Shown one piece after another: positions 1-10,691 of a stretch of 64,000 nt of DNA. The notes below the pieces were generated by a model. That model worked only from the letters and a program-made list of their open reading frames with translations, did not search any database and was not told where the DNA came from. Position 1 is the stretch's first letter; each line of letters begins with the position of its first letter. This DNA is from an uncultured delta proteobacterium (lineage in GTDB: Bacteria; Desulfobacterota; Binatia; UBA9968). Both the position numbers and the translations under genes were made by a program. The stretch covers positions 128,001-192,000 of the forward strand of contig CAVXEP010000016.1 of NCBI GenBank assembly GCA_963760795.1, written 5' to 3'.

Positions 1-22
1 CGTACCGAATATTTTTCCGCCG

Positions 23-1387
23 GTGATGCTGGCGGTGTCGTGGACGGTGCTGTTAAGCCCGCGCACCGGTTTGATCAACCGATCATTCATGCAGATCTTC
101 GATCTGTCGGAAGCACCGCTCAATCTGTACTCGCTTTGGGGCATGGTTTACGTCGAGGCATTGATCACCGTGCCCCTGGCATTTTTGATGGTGTCGGCGG
201 CGCTTTATTCGATGGACCCTGCGCTGGAAGAATCGGCGCGAGTGGCGGGATCGAGCAACATGCAGATCGCCTGGCGCATCACGCTGCCGATCGTGCGCCC
301 GGCCCTGCTGGCTTCAGCGATGCTCAATTTCGTGCGCGCCATCGAGAGTTTCGATACTCCGGCGATCATTGCACTGCCAGCGCGCATTGAAGTTTTTACG
401 ACGAAAATCTATCGCGAGGCGATCGGCGCTTTCCCGCCAAATCAAAATCTCGCCGCGGCTTACGGGGTTTCGTTGCTGCTGATCACCATGTTCTTCGTCT
501 ATTTTTATCGGCATTTAACCGCGCGCTCGGAGCGTTACGTCACGGTGACCGGGCGCGGCTATCGGCCGATGATCATCGACCTGGGCAAATGGCGTTATGC
601 GGCGTCGGCGCTGGCCGGTCTCATTCTCGTCCTGATCGTGGTTCTGCCGTCACTAGTCATGATCTACGTGTCGTTTATCACCTACGTTCACGTTCCGAGC
701 GCCAAGACCTGGGAACTGCTGACGCTGGATAATTATATAACCAATCTATCCGACACGCGCACCTACCGGGCGCTGCAAAATAGTATGTTTCTCGCCGTCG
801 TCGGCGCGACGGTTTGCATGTTTTTGGCGGCGCTCACCGCGTGGGTCACCACCAAGACCAAGACGGTGGGGCGCGGTGTCATCGAAGCCCTGACGTTCAT
901 TCCCTGGGCCTTTCCCGGCACCGCCTTGGCGATCGGCTTACTTTGGACCTACGTGTATATCCCGCTGCCGATCTACGGTACGTTGTGGATTCTGATGATC
1001 GGCTACGTCACGCGGTTTTTGCCCTATGGTTTACGCACCATGACCAGCACCATCGTGCAATTGCACGACGACTTGCAGCAGGCCTCGATGGTCTGCGGCG
1101 CCAGTTTCCTGACCACCTTCCGGCGCATTCTTTTGCCGCTGTTGCGGCCCGGATTTATTGCCGGTTGGATACTTTTGGCGTCGATCTTTCTGCGCGAGTT
1201 CAGCACCTCGGTCTTTCTCTATTCCCCGGGAGCCGAACCGTTGGGGCCGTTGCTCTATCACTTCTACGTCGACGGCAATTTGGGGCCCATGTGTTCCTTG
1301 GCGTTGGTGGTGAGCTTAGTGTGCATGACGCTGATCTTGATCGCCCGCCGGATCGGCAAAGTCGGCGGCGACTTTGAGGGACATTGA
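23..1387 (+). CDS. ABC transporter permease, FbpB/ThiP-like double-TMD type; 5' end probably lies outside the window
   Basis: Multiple TM helices with two EAA-type loops (LEESARVAGS, LQQASMVCGAS); frame is open to the window edge. Confidence 0.9.
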   Translation: MMLAVSWTVLLSPRTGLINRSFMQIFDLSEAPLNLYSLWGMVYVEALITVPLAFLMVSAALYSMDPALEESARVAGSSNMQIAWRITLPIVRPALLASAMLNFVRAIESFDTPAIIALPARIEVFTTKIYREAIGAFPPNQNLAAAYGVSLLLITMFFVYFYRHLTARSERYVTVTGRGYRPMIIDLGKWRYAASALAGLILVLIVVLPSLVMIYVSFITYVHVPSAKTWELLTLDNYITNLSDTRTYRALQNSMFLAVVGATVCMFLAALTAWVTTKTKTVGRGVIEALTFIPWAFPGTALAIGLLWTYVYIPLPIYGTLWILMIGYVTRFLPYGLRTMTSTIVQLHDDLQQASMVCGASFLTTFRRILLPLLRPGFIAGWILLASIFLREFSTSVFLYSPGAEPLGPLLYHFYVDGNLGPMCSLALVVSLVCMTLILIARRIGKVGGDFEGH

Positions 1388-1408
1388 TATAAGCTTTGAG
1401 GAAGAAAT

Positions 1409-2600
1409 ATGTTGGACGCGGGTACTGCCAAAAAATTAATCGACAAGAATCTCAGCTACGACGAGGTCAAGCGGCTGACGGTGAAGCTGGTTCAACATGC
1501 CAGTCCGCAGACGCGGCTGCTCGAAGCGGAGCCGCAGGTGCTGGCGCTGATCAAAGACGTGATCATGGCTGAGCTGCAGCAGTCAGGGCTAAAACCATTC
1601 CTCGATAAGATGGGCAATCTGATTCTTGTCATCAAGGGACGCCAGCCTAAGGGCCGTTTGATGCTGGTCGGTTATGCCATGTGCGCGGCGCCGAGCACGA
1701 TGGAAAATCCCTATTCCGGCGACATCGTCGACGGCGCGCCCTACAGACTCGACGGCGAGTGCGTCTGGGGACGCGGCGCCTGCGAGCAAAAGGGCAGTTT
1801 GGCGGCGATGATGGCGGCGGTGAAATTCATCGGCAGCCACAAGGTCGAATTGCCCAGCGATCTCTATTTTGTCGTCAGCACCGCCGGCGAGACCGGCAAG
1901 CATGATTCGCTGGTTCATGTGCTCGATCATGGCAACGTGCAAGCGGAGTGGTGCATCATCGACGGCCCGCCGGAGATCCAACTAGGCAACAAGGGCCGAG
2001 TCGATGTGCTAGTCGTCGTCAAAGGCAAGCAGGCTCATAGCAGCCGGCCCTGGGAAGGCATCAATGCCATCGACGGCGCCATGCAGGTGTTGGAGCGGTT
2101 GAAGCCGCTGATGCCGACCCCTGAGGATAAACATCATCCCGAGTTGGGCAACGTCAGCCTGACGACCAACGCTATCGAAAGCTTTCCCAAGGCGACCCAC
2201 ACGATTCAGAGCGAATGCCGCATCATGTTCGACCGCCGGCTCTTGCCCGGCGACGATCCCGCCAAAGCGATCGAGCAGATGAAAGACGCCATCGGTGAGA
2301 TCGAACCCTTCGATATCGAAGTAGCAGGCGCGCGACTTTATGTATCCCAGCGAAGTGGCGAAAGACGCCGAAGTGGTGCAGGTGCTGGAACAGGGGATCC
2401 GGACGATGCTCAACTATGAGCCGAAGTTCTGCTACTCAACCGCCGCCAATGACACCGGACTGTTCAACCATCGCGGCATCCAGGCGATCAATTACGGCGC
2501 CCGCGACATCCGCTTCCAACACACCGATCATGATTTGGTGGCGTTAAATAACGTCTTCAACGCCGCGAAGGTTTTTGCGTTCTTGGGGATTCATCGGTAA
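1409..2600 (+). CDS. M20/ArgE-DapE family metallopeptidase/deacylase, divergent; frameshift near 2330
   Basis: GRGACEQKG, GKQAHSSRPWEGINAI and FDRRLLPG motifs; C-terminus (AANDTGLF...YGA...QHTDHD) continues in ORF 2340..2600. Confidence 0.8.
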
Positions 2601-2615
2601 GCGCGCGAATCACGC

Positions 2616-2703
2616 GGTTCAAAGGTTCAAATCGTTCAAGGTTCCACAGGATCAGATCTGGAACGACTTGAACTTTGGAACCGGGCTTGACAGCCCGTTG
2701 AAC
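2616..2703. repeat. Imperfect inverted repeat of GTTCAA(A/G) units between convergent genes; likely terminator-like hairpin
   Basis: ggttcaaaggttcaaatcgttcaaggttcc ... ggaacgacttgaactttggaacc; related copies at ~56015 and ~57532. Confidence 0.7.
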
Positions 2704-2706
2704 GGC

Positions 2707-3399
2707 TTATTTCGTTTCATGCTTCCGCAACATCCGCAGATAATATTCCCATAAATTTATCATCGCGTCGGGGCGGTAAATCCGTTTTCTTTTAAGCAGC
2801 GCGTCGGCGTCGGTGGCCCAGGTGAATGGACCCATGGACGCGGCTATGACCTGGGTCTTGGCGCTATGTTCGAGCAGCACGCCGCGGATGCAGGTCTCTT
2901 CGATGTTCGGACCGGCAACGACGATGCCGTGATTGCGCAGCAGCACGATCTGATGTTCGCCCAACAGTTTGGCCACCGATATGCCTTGTGCGGGACTGAC
3001 GATCAAATCGGAGGATTCCTCGAACTTGTCGATGGCCGGCGGATAAAACGCGCAGCTCAGGTTGGTGATCGGCAGGATCGATTTGTCGGACGAGGCGATG
3101 ATCGTCGAGTAGGTCGGGTGGGTGTGGATCACGCACTGGATTCCCGGATTGGTCCGGTAGACCTCGCTGTGGATCGGGAATTCGTTGTGGCGCTTGCGCT
3201 TGCCGGCCAGGGTGTTGCCCTCGAAGTCGATCAGGACCATGTCGTCGGCGGTGGCCTCTTCCAGACCGATGCCCGAGCCCTTGATCCAATACTGATCCGG
3301 ATTTTCGGTGCGCGCCGAAACATGGCCGTAGATCATGTCGTTGTGGCCCTGCATGGCCAGGATGCGGCAGGCCAATGCCAGTTTTTCTGGTATGGTCAT
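2707..3399 (-). CDS. Class II aldolase/adducin family protein
   Basis: GHVSAR, EFPIHSEVY, CVIHTHP and LLRNHG Zn-binding motifs. Confidence 0.9.
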   Translation of the reverse strand: MTIPEKLALACRILAMQGHNDMIYGHVSARTENPDQYWIKGSGIGLEEATADDMVLIDFEGNTLAGKRKRHNEFPIHSEVYRTNPGIQCVIHTHPTYSTIIASSDKSILPITNLSCAFYPPAIDKFEESSDLIVSPAQGISVAKLLGEHQIVLLRNHGIVVAGPNIEETCIRGVLLEHSAKTQVIAASMGPFTWATDADALLKRKRIYRPDAMINLWEYYLRMLRKHETK

Positions 3400-3621
3400 G
3401 GATGATTCTCCTCGGAACGGTTAACTAAAGATGGCACTTGAGAAAGCTCTCCAAGTCGTCATGTGTGTCGGGATCGCTGTTGACCAGCTTGGGACGATGG
3501 CGCAACTCCGCCGACACCTTGGAGTGCTCGTGCAGAAAGCCATGAAACCGTGGCTGAAAGGCAGCCGGTCGGCGCGGCGGCAATCGAGCCATCCAGCGTC
3601 GTAAAGATTGTCCGTGCGGTT

Positions 3622-4429
3622 TCATCGATGCATCCTGCCTGTCACCGTGGCAGATTCTCGCGAACCAGTAATTGCGCGCCATGGGTGAGGCCGCTCTCGA
3701 GTGTCTCCACGCCATTCGCTGGCCGACTTCAAGACTGCCGCATAGGGTGACGGACCAAATTCACGCAGCCAAGTGATCAGCGGGCTATGGGCTTCACGCG
3801 GGCTGACAAAGTCCAAGATATGGGGGCCCACTTGGAAGCGCAGTCCGTCGGCGCCGAGGGTAGCGTCGGCAAAGGGTTCGCCTTTGACGCCGAGTAGGGC
3901 GCCGTACCATTTGGCGATTTGACCAAGCTCGCCGACGGCGACGATTACTTTTTCGATGCCGGTGATCTGATTGGCATGGACGAACTGCTGGGGAATCCGC
4001 TCGCTGCGCGGGGTCACGTCTTCGATCAGAAATGGCGCCACGCCGCGGTGGCTGCCGGTGGCCAGTGACAAGAGCCACTTGAGTTCATAGCCGTCCGGCC
4101 GTTTGCGCGACCAGGGCACGGGGTTGTTGATCGCGACAGCGGCATCCTGCAATTTCTTGGTGTCGCCGCGCAGATCGTCGGTCTGAAAGCAGAAGTCGAC
4201 CAGACGCTCGCCCTTTTGCAAGCGGGTCCCACCAGCGATGATCGATCGCTTCGCGGTAAAAAGCGATGATTTCCAGATAGGAGCCGTCTGCGAATGAGAT
4301 CAAGACATTATGGCTGCCCACCGGATGTTGGCCGCCGGGCACCACGGTGAAGCCCAGCTGTTGGTAGTCGCGCGCCGCCTGGTCGAGATCATTGACGACG
4401 ATGACGAGATGATCGATGCCGAGAATCAT
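3622..4429 (-). CDS. VOC/glyoxalase-like family protein; frameshifts near 4220 and 3700
   Basis: IDHLVIVVNDL...LGFTVVPGGQHPVGSHNVLISFADGSYLEII; continues as WSRKRPDGYELKW...PFLIED in ORF 3622..4221. Confidence 0.85.
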
Positions 4430-4444
4430 AAATATCTGCAGCGA

Positions 4445-4508
4445 TGGAGTACTGGAGTGTTGGGTTGAATCTTTTTATCCACTACCCAATCATTCCATTG
4501 CTCCATTA
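4445..4508. repeat. Low-complexity 8-mer periodic inverted repeat (TGGAGT...ACTCCA type)
   Basis: tggagtactggagtgttggg ... ccactacccaatcattccattgctccatt. Confidence 0.6.
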
Positions 4509-4517
4509 CAGCTTCCT

Positions 4518-5516
4518 TTATCTGAACGCCGGCACGACTTCATCGAGAAAACGCTTGAGCTGGCCGTTCTGATCCCATGACGTCATGCGCAGCGTGACAT
4601 GCTCGATGCCGGCGGCGAAATAGGCTTTGAGTTCGTCGATGCACTGTTTCGGGCTGCCGGCGGTGGTAAAGCCCTCGACGAACTTCATGCTGAAGTTCGA
4701 CGTGTAGTATTTATCGAGAAACGCTTTGCTCTCGTCCAACGCCGCCTGGCGGTTCTCGTTGATGTTGATGTTGTGGTACAGCGAGCTGCCGATTTTCGAC
4801 GGGTCGCGGCCTTCTTCCTTGGCCATTGCCAAGATGCGCGTCCACTGGGACTTGAATTCTTCAGGTGTGACCTTGTTGGTCATCCAGCCGTCGGCGTATT
4901 TCGCCACTCGCCGTAGTCCTTTTTCGACGGCGGGCGAGGGCGCGCTGGCGCCATCTTTCCATGTGAGGCCGGTGGGATTGCTGGCGATCCAGATCGGCAG
5001 CGGGTTTTGCACCGGGCGCGGTTGGATGGTCACGCCTTCGAATTCATAGAAGCGCCCTTTGTGCGATGCTTTCTCTTCATGGAAAAGTTTTTTCAAAATG
5101 ACGATGCCCTCTTCGAGGCGGGCGACGCGCTCGGTGTCCTTGATGCCCATGACTTTATGCTCGAGGGCTTGAGCTGGGCTCTGCTCGTTGGGACCGCCGA
5201 GACAGACCGCCAGCCAGGAACGGCCGCCGGAGATCACGTCCAAGCTCGCCCATTGTTGCGCCAGCAGCGCCGGATGGCGGTGCGGAAAGGTCGCCATGCA
5301 GCCGACCGCGAGTTGAACTTTTTTCGTCACCACGGCCAGAGCCGAAAGCAAGGTGATGGATTCCAGCCGCGGCTTGGCGAGCAGGCTATCGCCGACCCAG
5401 ACAGCGGAGAAGGCGCCGGAGTCTTCGCCGCGTTTGGCCATGTCGAAGAGTTCCGGTACCGTGACCGCGCCGATGATCACGCCGCGATTTGCCAAAGTCA
5501 GTCCAAATGAAGCCAT
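4518..5516 (-). CDS. LLM class flavin-dependent oxidoreductase
   Basis: VWVGDS, LAQQWASLDVISGGR, PIWIAS and RRVAKYADGW luciferase-like motifs. Confidence 0.9.
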   Translation of the reverse strand: MASFGLTLANRGVIIGAVTVPELFDMAKRGEDSGAFSAVWVGDSLLAKPRLESITLLSALAVVTKKVQLAVGCMATFPHRHPALLAQQWASLDVISGGRSWLAVCLGGPNEQSPAQALEHKVMGIKDTERVARLEEGIVILKKLFHEEKASHKGRFYEFEGVTIQPRPVQNPLPIWIASNPTGLTWKDGASAPSPAVEKGLRRVAKYADGWMTNKVTPEEFKSQWTRILAMAKEEGRDPSKIGSSLYHNININENRQAALDESKAFLDKYYTSNFSMKFVEGFTTAGSPKQCIDELKAYFAAGIEHVTLRMTSWDQNGQLKRFLDEVVPAFR

Positions 5517-5722
5517 AGATCGCCTTTCGCAATGCCTAAGTTCGCCCGCGTTTATAACACATGGTGTCGGGTTTGCGAAATACGAGGAGCAGAAATGGCC
5601 GCAGAGTACGCAAAATATAAAAATTTAGGTCGGATCGTGATCCTGCGATTCATTACTCCAAGTTGGAATTAGCCGTATCGCCGTGTTAAGTCTCCTCGAA
5701 ATAAATCCCTGGGAGTAAATCC

Positions 5723-7295
5723 ATGAAGGCGAGCTTTCGCGACTACATCGATACCTTGCGCAAGAATGACGAGCTACTAGAAATCACCAAGCCGGTGGAC
5801 CTGCGCGATGTTGCGGCGCTGGTGGCGCAGTCGGAAAAAGCTTTGCTGTTCAAAAACCTGCCGGGTTATTCCATGTCTTTGGTTTCCGGACTGCTGCAAT
5901 CTCGTAACCGCATCGCACTAGGCATGGGCGTCGCCTATGAAAACATCGCCGACAAGCTGGGCAAGGCGATGGATAAGCCGATCGCGCCGCGGCGGGTCGC
6001 CAACGCGCCGGTGAAAGAGGTCAAGATCACCGGCAAAAAAATTAATCTCTTCGACCTGCCGGTGCCGGTCTTCTCGATTATGGACGGCGGGCCGATGATC
6101 ACCGGCGGCGTAGTCATCGCCGAGGACCCGGAGTTTGGCATCAACGCCGGCATTTATCGCCTGATGCTCAAAGAGCGCAACATCACCGGCATCGACATCG
6201 TCACGCCCAACAACATGCGTAAATTCGCCGAGCGCGCCCTGGCGAAAAAACAACCGCTGCCGATATCGATCTCCATCGGCACCCATCCCGTACGAACTGG
6301 TCGCGGCGACTTTCAAAGCAAACCTAGGCGTCAACGAACTGACCTTCGCCGGCGGCTTGCGTAATGAAGCGTTGCGGCTGGCCGACGGTGAGACCGTGCC
6401 GGTGCCGTGCATCGCCGATGCGGAGATTGTCCTGGAAGGCGAAATCCTTCCCGAAGGCTGGGTCCATACCGAAGGACCGTTTTCGGAATTCAACCGGCTG
6501 ATGGGCGGCATGCACATGAACCCGCGGGTGCGCATCAAGTCGATCATGCATCGCAAAGACGCCATGTACTACGCCCTGCAAATGCCTTGGGAAAATATCT
6601 GGATGTCAGCGCCGATCTACGAAGCCGCCGCGCGCCGGGTGCTGTTCGACGCCGGCGTGCAAACCGTCGCGATCAACGTCACGCCCGGCGGCTGCTGCCA
6701 CTGGCATATCGTCGCCTCGATCAAGAAGGTGCCGGGCGACGGCAAGAACGCGATCATGGCGCTGCTCTCCATCGCCGACATCAAACATGTCACCATCGTC
6801 GACGACGACATCGATGTATTCGACCCGGTCGACGTCGAGTGGGCCGTCGCCACCCGGGTGCAGGCCGACCGCGACGTGGTGATTATTTCCAACGCCAGAT
6901 CGAAGCCCCTCGATCCTTCCCTGCCATTGCCGCTGCACGGCAAAGTGCCGACGACGGCGAAGATGGGCATCGATGCGACGATTCCGGAAAATATTCCAGC
7001 CGAGCGCTACAAACGGATCGTCTATTTCAACCAGGACAAGATCAAATTGAGCGACTACCTGGGCGCCGGTGAAATAACGGCCAAAGCCGAAGCCCAAATC
7101 AAGCCGGAGGAGACCGTGGCAACGTTGAGCGAAAAAATCGTCGCGACGCTGGGCAAGTCACACTGCTTCTTCGCCGATCTGCTGGAGAAGTTCCCAAAGG
7201 CGGATTACAAAACCGTCGCCAATACGGTGGCGCACTTGTATGAAGACGGAAGGATCAAACAGGATAAAGACGGCCAATTTGAACTATCGAAGTGA
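5723..7295 (+). CDS. UbiD family (prFMN-dependent) decarboxylase with C-terminal extension; frameshift near 6285
   Basis: NAGIYRL, AEIVLEGEI, EGPFSEF, VDDDIDVFD..DVEWAVATRVQADRD, LDPS and KMGIDAT motifs across ORFs 5723..6364 and 6357..7295. Confidence 0.92.
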
Positions 7296-7319
7296 GTAGT
7301 TTGACGGTGTTTGCGAAGC

Positions 7320-7577
7320 TCCGTCATGCCGGTGAACACCGCCATCCAGGTTTGTTTCTGTCTCCTGTGCTGACACACACTACGACAGTCAAAATGACGA
7401 AACCCGTAGGATGTGGTGAATATGCGAACCGCATCCAGTACGGGCGACGCACCGACGATGCGGTTCCCTTTGGTCACCAAATCCTACAAACACCTGACCG
7501 GTATTTCGCAGGAGGTCACGAAGTTTGGAGAAATACCTTTCCAAACCCTTCGTGTCCTTCGTGCCTTCGTGGTGAAA
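7320..7577. repeat. Cluster of REP-like palindromes (CGTCAT-type, GTAG-type and CACGAAG/CTTCGTG-type)
   Basis: cgtcatgccggtgaacaccgccatcca; gtaggatgtggtgaatatgcgaaccgcatc; cttcgtgtccttcgtgccttcgtggtg. Confidence 0.7.
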
Positions 7578-7665
7578 GTTCCGATCTTAATCGTCGCTGG
7601 CCAGCTCTTTACCTTGACAGCATCGATTCGACGCGGGTATGAGGAAGAGGATTGAAGGAGGCGGA

Positions 7666-8637
7666 ATGCTTCGTATCACGCGGGGGGCGCTTGTCGTTGG
7701 ATTCGTGGCCGTCGGTTTGACCTGGCCATTTTGTTCCAGTTCGGCCTTCGCCCAGCAAAAACCCAAGCTGAGGCCCCTGCATATCGCCCTGGCCAACAAT
7801 TCGGTGACCATGACGGCGATCTATGTGGCCAAGCATCTGGGTATCTTTGAAAGCTACGGCTTCGACGCCCGTGTGTTGGTCCTGGAACCGCGCGCCGGCT
7901 TGGCGGCCTTGCTGGCGGGAGAGTTGGATTTCTACACCGCCATCGGTTCCACCGCCCGCGCTGCGCTGCGCGGTTTGCCGGTGCGCGTGGGCCTGGTGGC
8001 GCTCAATCGCCCCGATTTCTCGGTGGTCGCGACCAAGGACATTGCCAGCTTCGAACAGCTGCGCGGCCGGGTGATCGGCGCCTACACGCCGCAGGGGACG
8101 GTCAATGTCGTGCTCCATGAAATGATGCGCCGGCGCGGCTTCAAGCCCGATGACTACAAAGTCGTCAACGCCGGCACGGCGCGCGCCGCGGCGTTGAGCG
8201 GCGGCGCGGTGCAGGTGGCGGTGCTCAATAGCGTCGAGACCGTGCGCATGGTCAAAGCCGGATTTCATGTCCTCGGCCGGGCGAGCGATGATCTGGAGCT
8301 GCCGCAAAGCGGCTTGGGCATGTCGCTCGGCAGCATGCAGAGCCGCCGCGACTTCCTACGTCCCGGCGTCCAAGCCGTGCTCGATGCCATCCGCGTGATC
8401 GTCAATCAAAAGGATAAGACCGTGCCGGTGTTGATGAAGCAGTTGGCCATGAGCCAAGATGAAGCCAGCTATGTCTACGATGCCATTCGCCCGGGCTGGG
8501 CGCTGGACGGCCGGCCAACCGCCAACGCGATTAAACTCGATGCCGAGCTTTCGCAGCGCGACATGGGCTTGAAGGAGTTGCCGCGGGTGGAGCAGACTTA
8601 CGATTTTTCCATGTTGGATGAATTGACGAAAAAGTAG
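7666..8637 (+). CDS. ABC substrate-binding protein, NMT1/THI5/SsuA-like (paralog 1)
   Basis: RBS gaaggagg, signal peptide ending AFA-Q, GIFESYG and ALLAGELDF motifs. Confidence 0.88.
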   Translation: MLRITRGALVVGFVAVGLTWPFCSSSAFAQQKPKLRPLHIALANNSVTMTAIYVAKHLGIFESYGFDARVLVLEPRAGLAALLAGELDFYTAIGSTARAALRGLPVRVGLVALNRPDFSVVATKDIASFEQLRGRVIGAYTPQGTVNVVLHEMMRRRGFKPDDYKVVNAGTARAAALSGGAVQVAVLNSVETVRMVKAGFHVLGRASDDLELPQSGLGMSLGSMQSRRDFLRPGVQAVLDAIRVIVNQKDKTVPVLMKQLAMSQDEASYVYDAIRPGWALDGRPTANAIKLDAELSQRDMGLKELPRVEQTYDFSMLDELTKK

Positions 8638-8648
8638 AGGATGAACGG

Positions 8649-9603
8649 ATGAAATTGGCACTAAGTTCATTCTTAGCGACTAGCGCTGGCGCTGGTCGTC
8701 AACAGTTCTCCCGCCGGCGCGCAGCCGAAGAAGCTGCGCCCGCTTAGAATCGCGTTGCCGAGCCATTCAGTCAGCTCGACACCGATTTACATCGCGCGCA
8801 GTCTGGGGATCTTTGAGAGCCTGGGATTCGAACCGCAGATCCTCGTGCTTGAACCGCGGGCGGCGCTTGCCGCATTGCTGACCGGGGATTTGGATTTTTA
8901 CACCGCGGCGGGAACCACCGGCCGCGCCGCGCTGCGCGGCGTGCCGGTTCGAGTCGTGATGGTTTCGGCCAATCGTTCGGATTTGTGCGTGGTCGCGGCT
9001 AAGGAATTCACCAGCGTCGAGCAGCTGAGAGGCAAGACCTTCGGCGGCTACACGGCGCAGGCGTCGGCCAACATCGTGCTGATTGAATTGCTGCGGCGTA
9101 AAGGGTTGCGGCCCGATGATTACAAGATTCTCAATATCGGCACCGCTAGGTCACCGGCGCTGCTGAGCGGCACTGTTCCCGCGGCAGTTCTCACCGCCGT
9201 CGAGGCCGCAAGGCTTAGCCGCCAAGGTTTTCGCGTCCTGGCGCGGGCCTCCGACGACATCGATTTGACATCTGGGGGACTGGGTACGGCCATCGCCAGC
9301 CTGCAAAACAAGCGCGACGTCATGCGCTCGACGGTGCAAGCGGCCTTGGAAGGGCTGCGCATTGCTGCGACACAGAGAGACAAAGTGATTCCGATCTACA
9401 TGAAGCAGTTCGCTTTAACCGCGGAAGAATCGGCCTGGGTCTACGACAATGTTGCGCGTTCCTGGGCGCTCGATGGCAAACCGACGGCCGCGGCAAACAA
9501 ACTCGACTTCGAGCTGACCCAGCGGGACATGGGGCTGAAGGAGCCGCCGAAGATGGAGCAGATTTATGATTTTTCGCTGCTCGATGAATTGGCGAAGCGG
9601 TAG
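8649..9603 (+). CDS. ABC substrate-binding protein, NMT1/THI5/SsuA-like (paralog 2); frameshift in signal peptide
   Basis: ATG 8649 (MKLALSSF) is out of frame with LALALVVNSSPAGAQPKKLRPLRIAL; colinear with neighbouring paralogs. Confidence 0.85.
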
Positions 9604-9676
9604 GGTATCTTGTGATTGGATATCAGAGGTCAGAAGTCAGAGGTCGGTTTTCGGATCGGGCCGACTTTAGGAGTTC

Positions 9677-10639
9677 GTGCTGATGAAGTTTCGTGTAACT
9701 TGGTTGGTGCTTGCCGCCGCGTTGACGCTTTATACTTTTCCGGTCCACGCGCAGCCGAAGAAGCTACGGCCATTGCGCATTGCCCTGCCGAGCCACACCA
9801 TCGCCGGCACGCATTTTTACGTCGGTAAGAGTCTGGGAATTTATGAGCATTATGGTTTTGACGCGCAGCTCCTGGTTCTCGAACCGCGCGCCGCTCTCGC
9901 CGCTTTGACCACCGGCGATTTAGATTTTTACACCGCCACGGGAACGTCCACTCGCTCGGCGTTGCGCGGCGCGCCGGTACGGGTCCTGATGGTCGGTTTG
10001 AATCGGCCGGATCATGTGCTGGTTGCTTCCAAGGAAATCACCAGCGTCGACCAGCTGCGCGGCAAAGTCATCGGCGGCTATACAGCCAATGCCACGGTGA
10101 ATGTTTTGCTCATGGAAATGCTCAGAAAGAAGGGGCTCAAGACCGATGAGTATAAGATTCTTAACATCGGCACGGCGCGCTTCGGCGCGCTGATCAGCGG
10201 CACGGTGCCGGCGGCGGCTCTGAACGGTCTCGAAACCGTCAAAGCGTTGCGGCTCGGTTACCGGGCGCTGGCGCGAGCCGCCGATGACGTGGAACTCGCC
10301 ACCGGCGGGCTCGGCGCCTTTGTCGGCAGCATTCAAACCAAGCGCGATGTGTTCCGCGCGGCGGTGCAAGCGACCTTGGAAAGCATCCGCGTCTCTGCGA
10401 CCCAGCGCGAAAAAGTTCTGCCGGTGTTGATGAAACAGTTCTCGTTAAGCCAGGAAGATGTTAGCTTCGTCTACGATATCGTCCATAAAGGCTTTGCCCT
10501 GGATGGCCGGCCGACGCCGGGGAGTCAGAAGTTTGAATTCGATCTGGCGCAAAAGGAGATGGGTCTCAAAGAGCCGCCGCGGCCGGAACAGGTTTATGAT
10601 TTTTCCTTGCTCGATGAGCTCGCCGGCGGTAAAAAATGA
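9677..10639 (+). CDS. ABC substrate-binding protein, NMT1/THI5/SsuA-like (paralog 3)
   Basis: Signal peptide VHA-QPKKLRPLRIAL; shared LVLEPRAALAAL and YDFSLLDEL motifs. Confidence 0.88.
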   Translation: MLMKFRVTWLVLAAALTLYTFPVHAQPKKLRPLRIALPSHTIAGTHFYVGKSLGIYEHYGFDAQLLVLEPRAALAALTTGDLDFYTATGTSTRSALRGAPVRVLMVGLNRPDHVLVASKEITSVDQLRGKVIGGYTANATVNVLLMEMLRKKGLKTDEYKILNIGTARFGALISGTVPAAALNGLETVKALRLGYRALARAADDVELATGGLGAFVGSIQTKRDVFRAAVQATLESIRVSATQREKVLPVLMKQFSLSQEDVSFVYDIVHKGFALDGRPTPGSQKFEFDLAQKEMGLKEPPRPEQVYDFSLLDELAGGKK

Positions 10640-10691
10640 GCGCCATGGCTGTGCTCAATATGCCTCGAACTATTTGCGAACGGAGGATGAC

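Noticed and set aside
7320-7577. Repeat clusters as a CRISPR array
   Set aside because: Repeats are inverted and degenerate, not identical direct repeats with unique regular spacers; no cas genes
7292-7655. ORFs in repeat-rich intergenic regions (also 16363, 32663, 53535, 54641)
   Set aside because: Translations derive from palindromic repeats (LRVLRAFVV, HHEGHEVHE) with no independent coding evidence
10458-10691. Long N-terminal extensions in the ORF track (also 17765, 20407, 45448, 48169, 58802)
   Set aside because: Downstream ATGs fit RBS position, family start or signal peptide better; extensions overlap neighbouring genes or leaders
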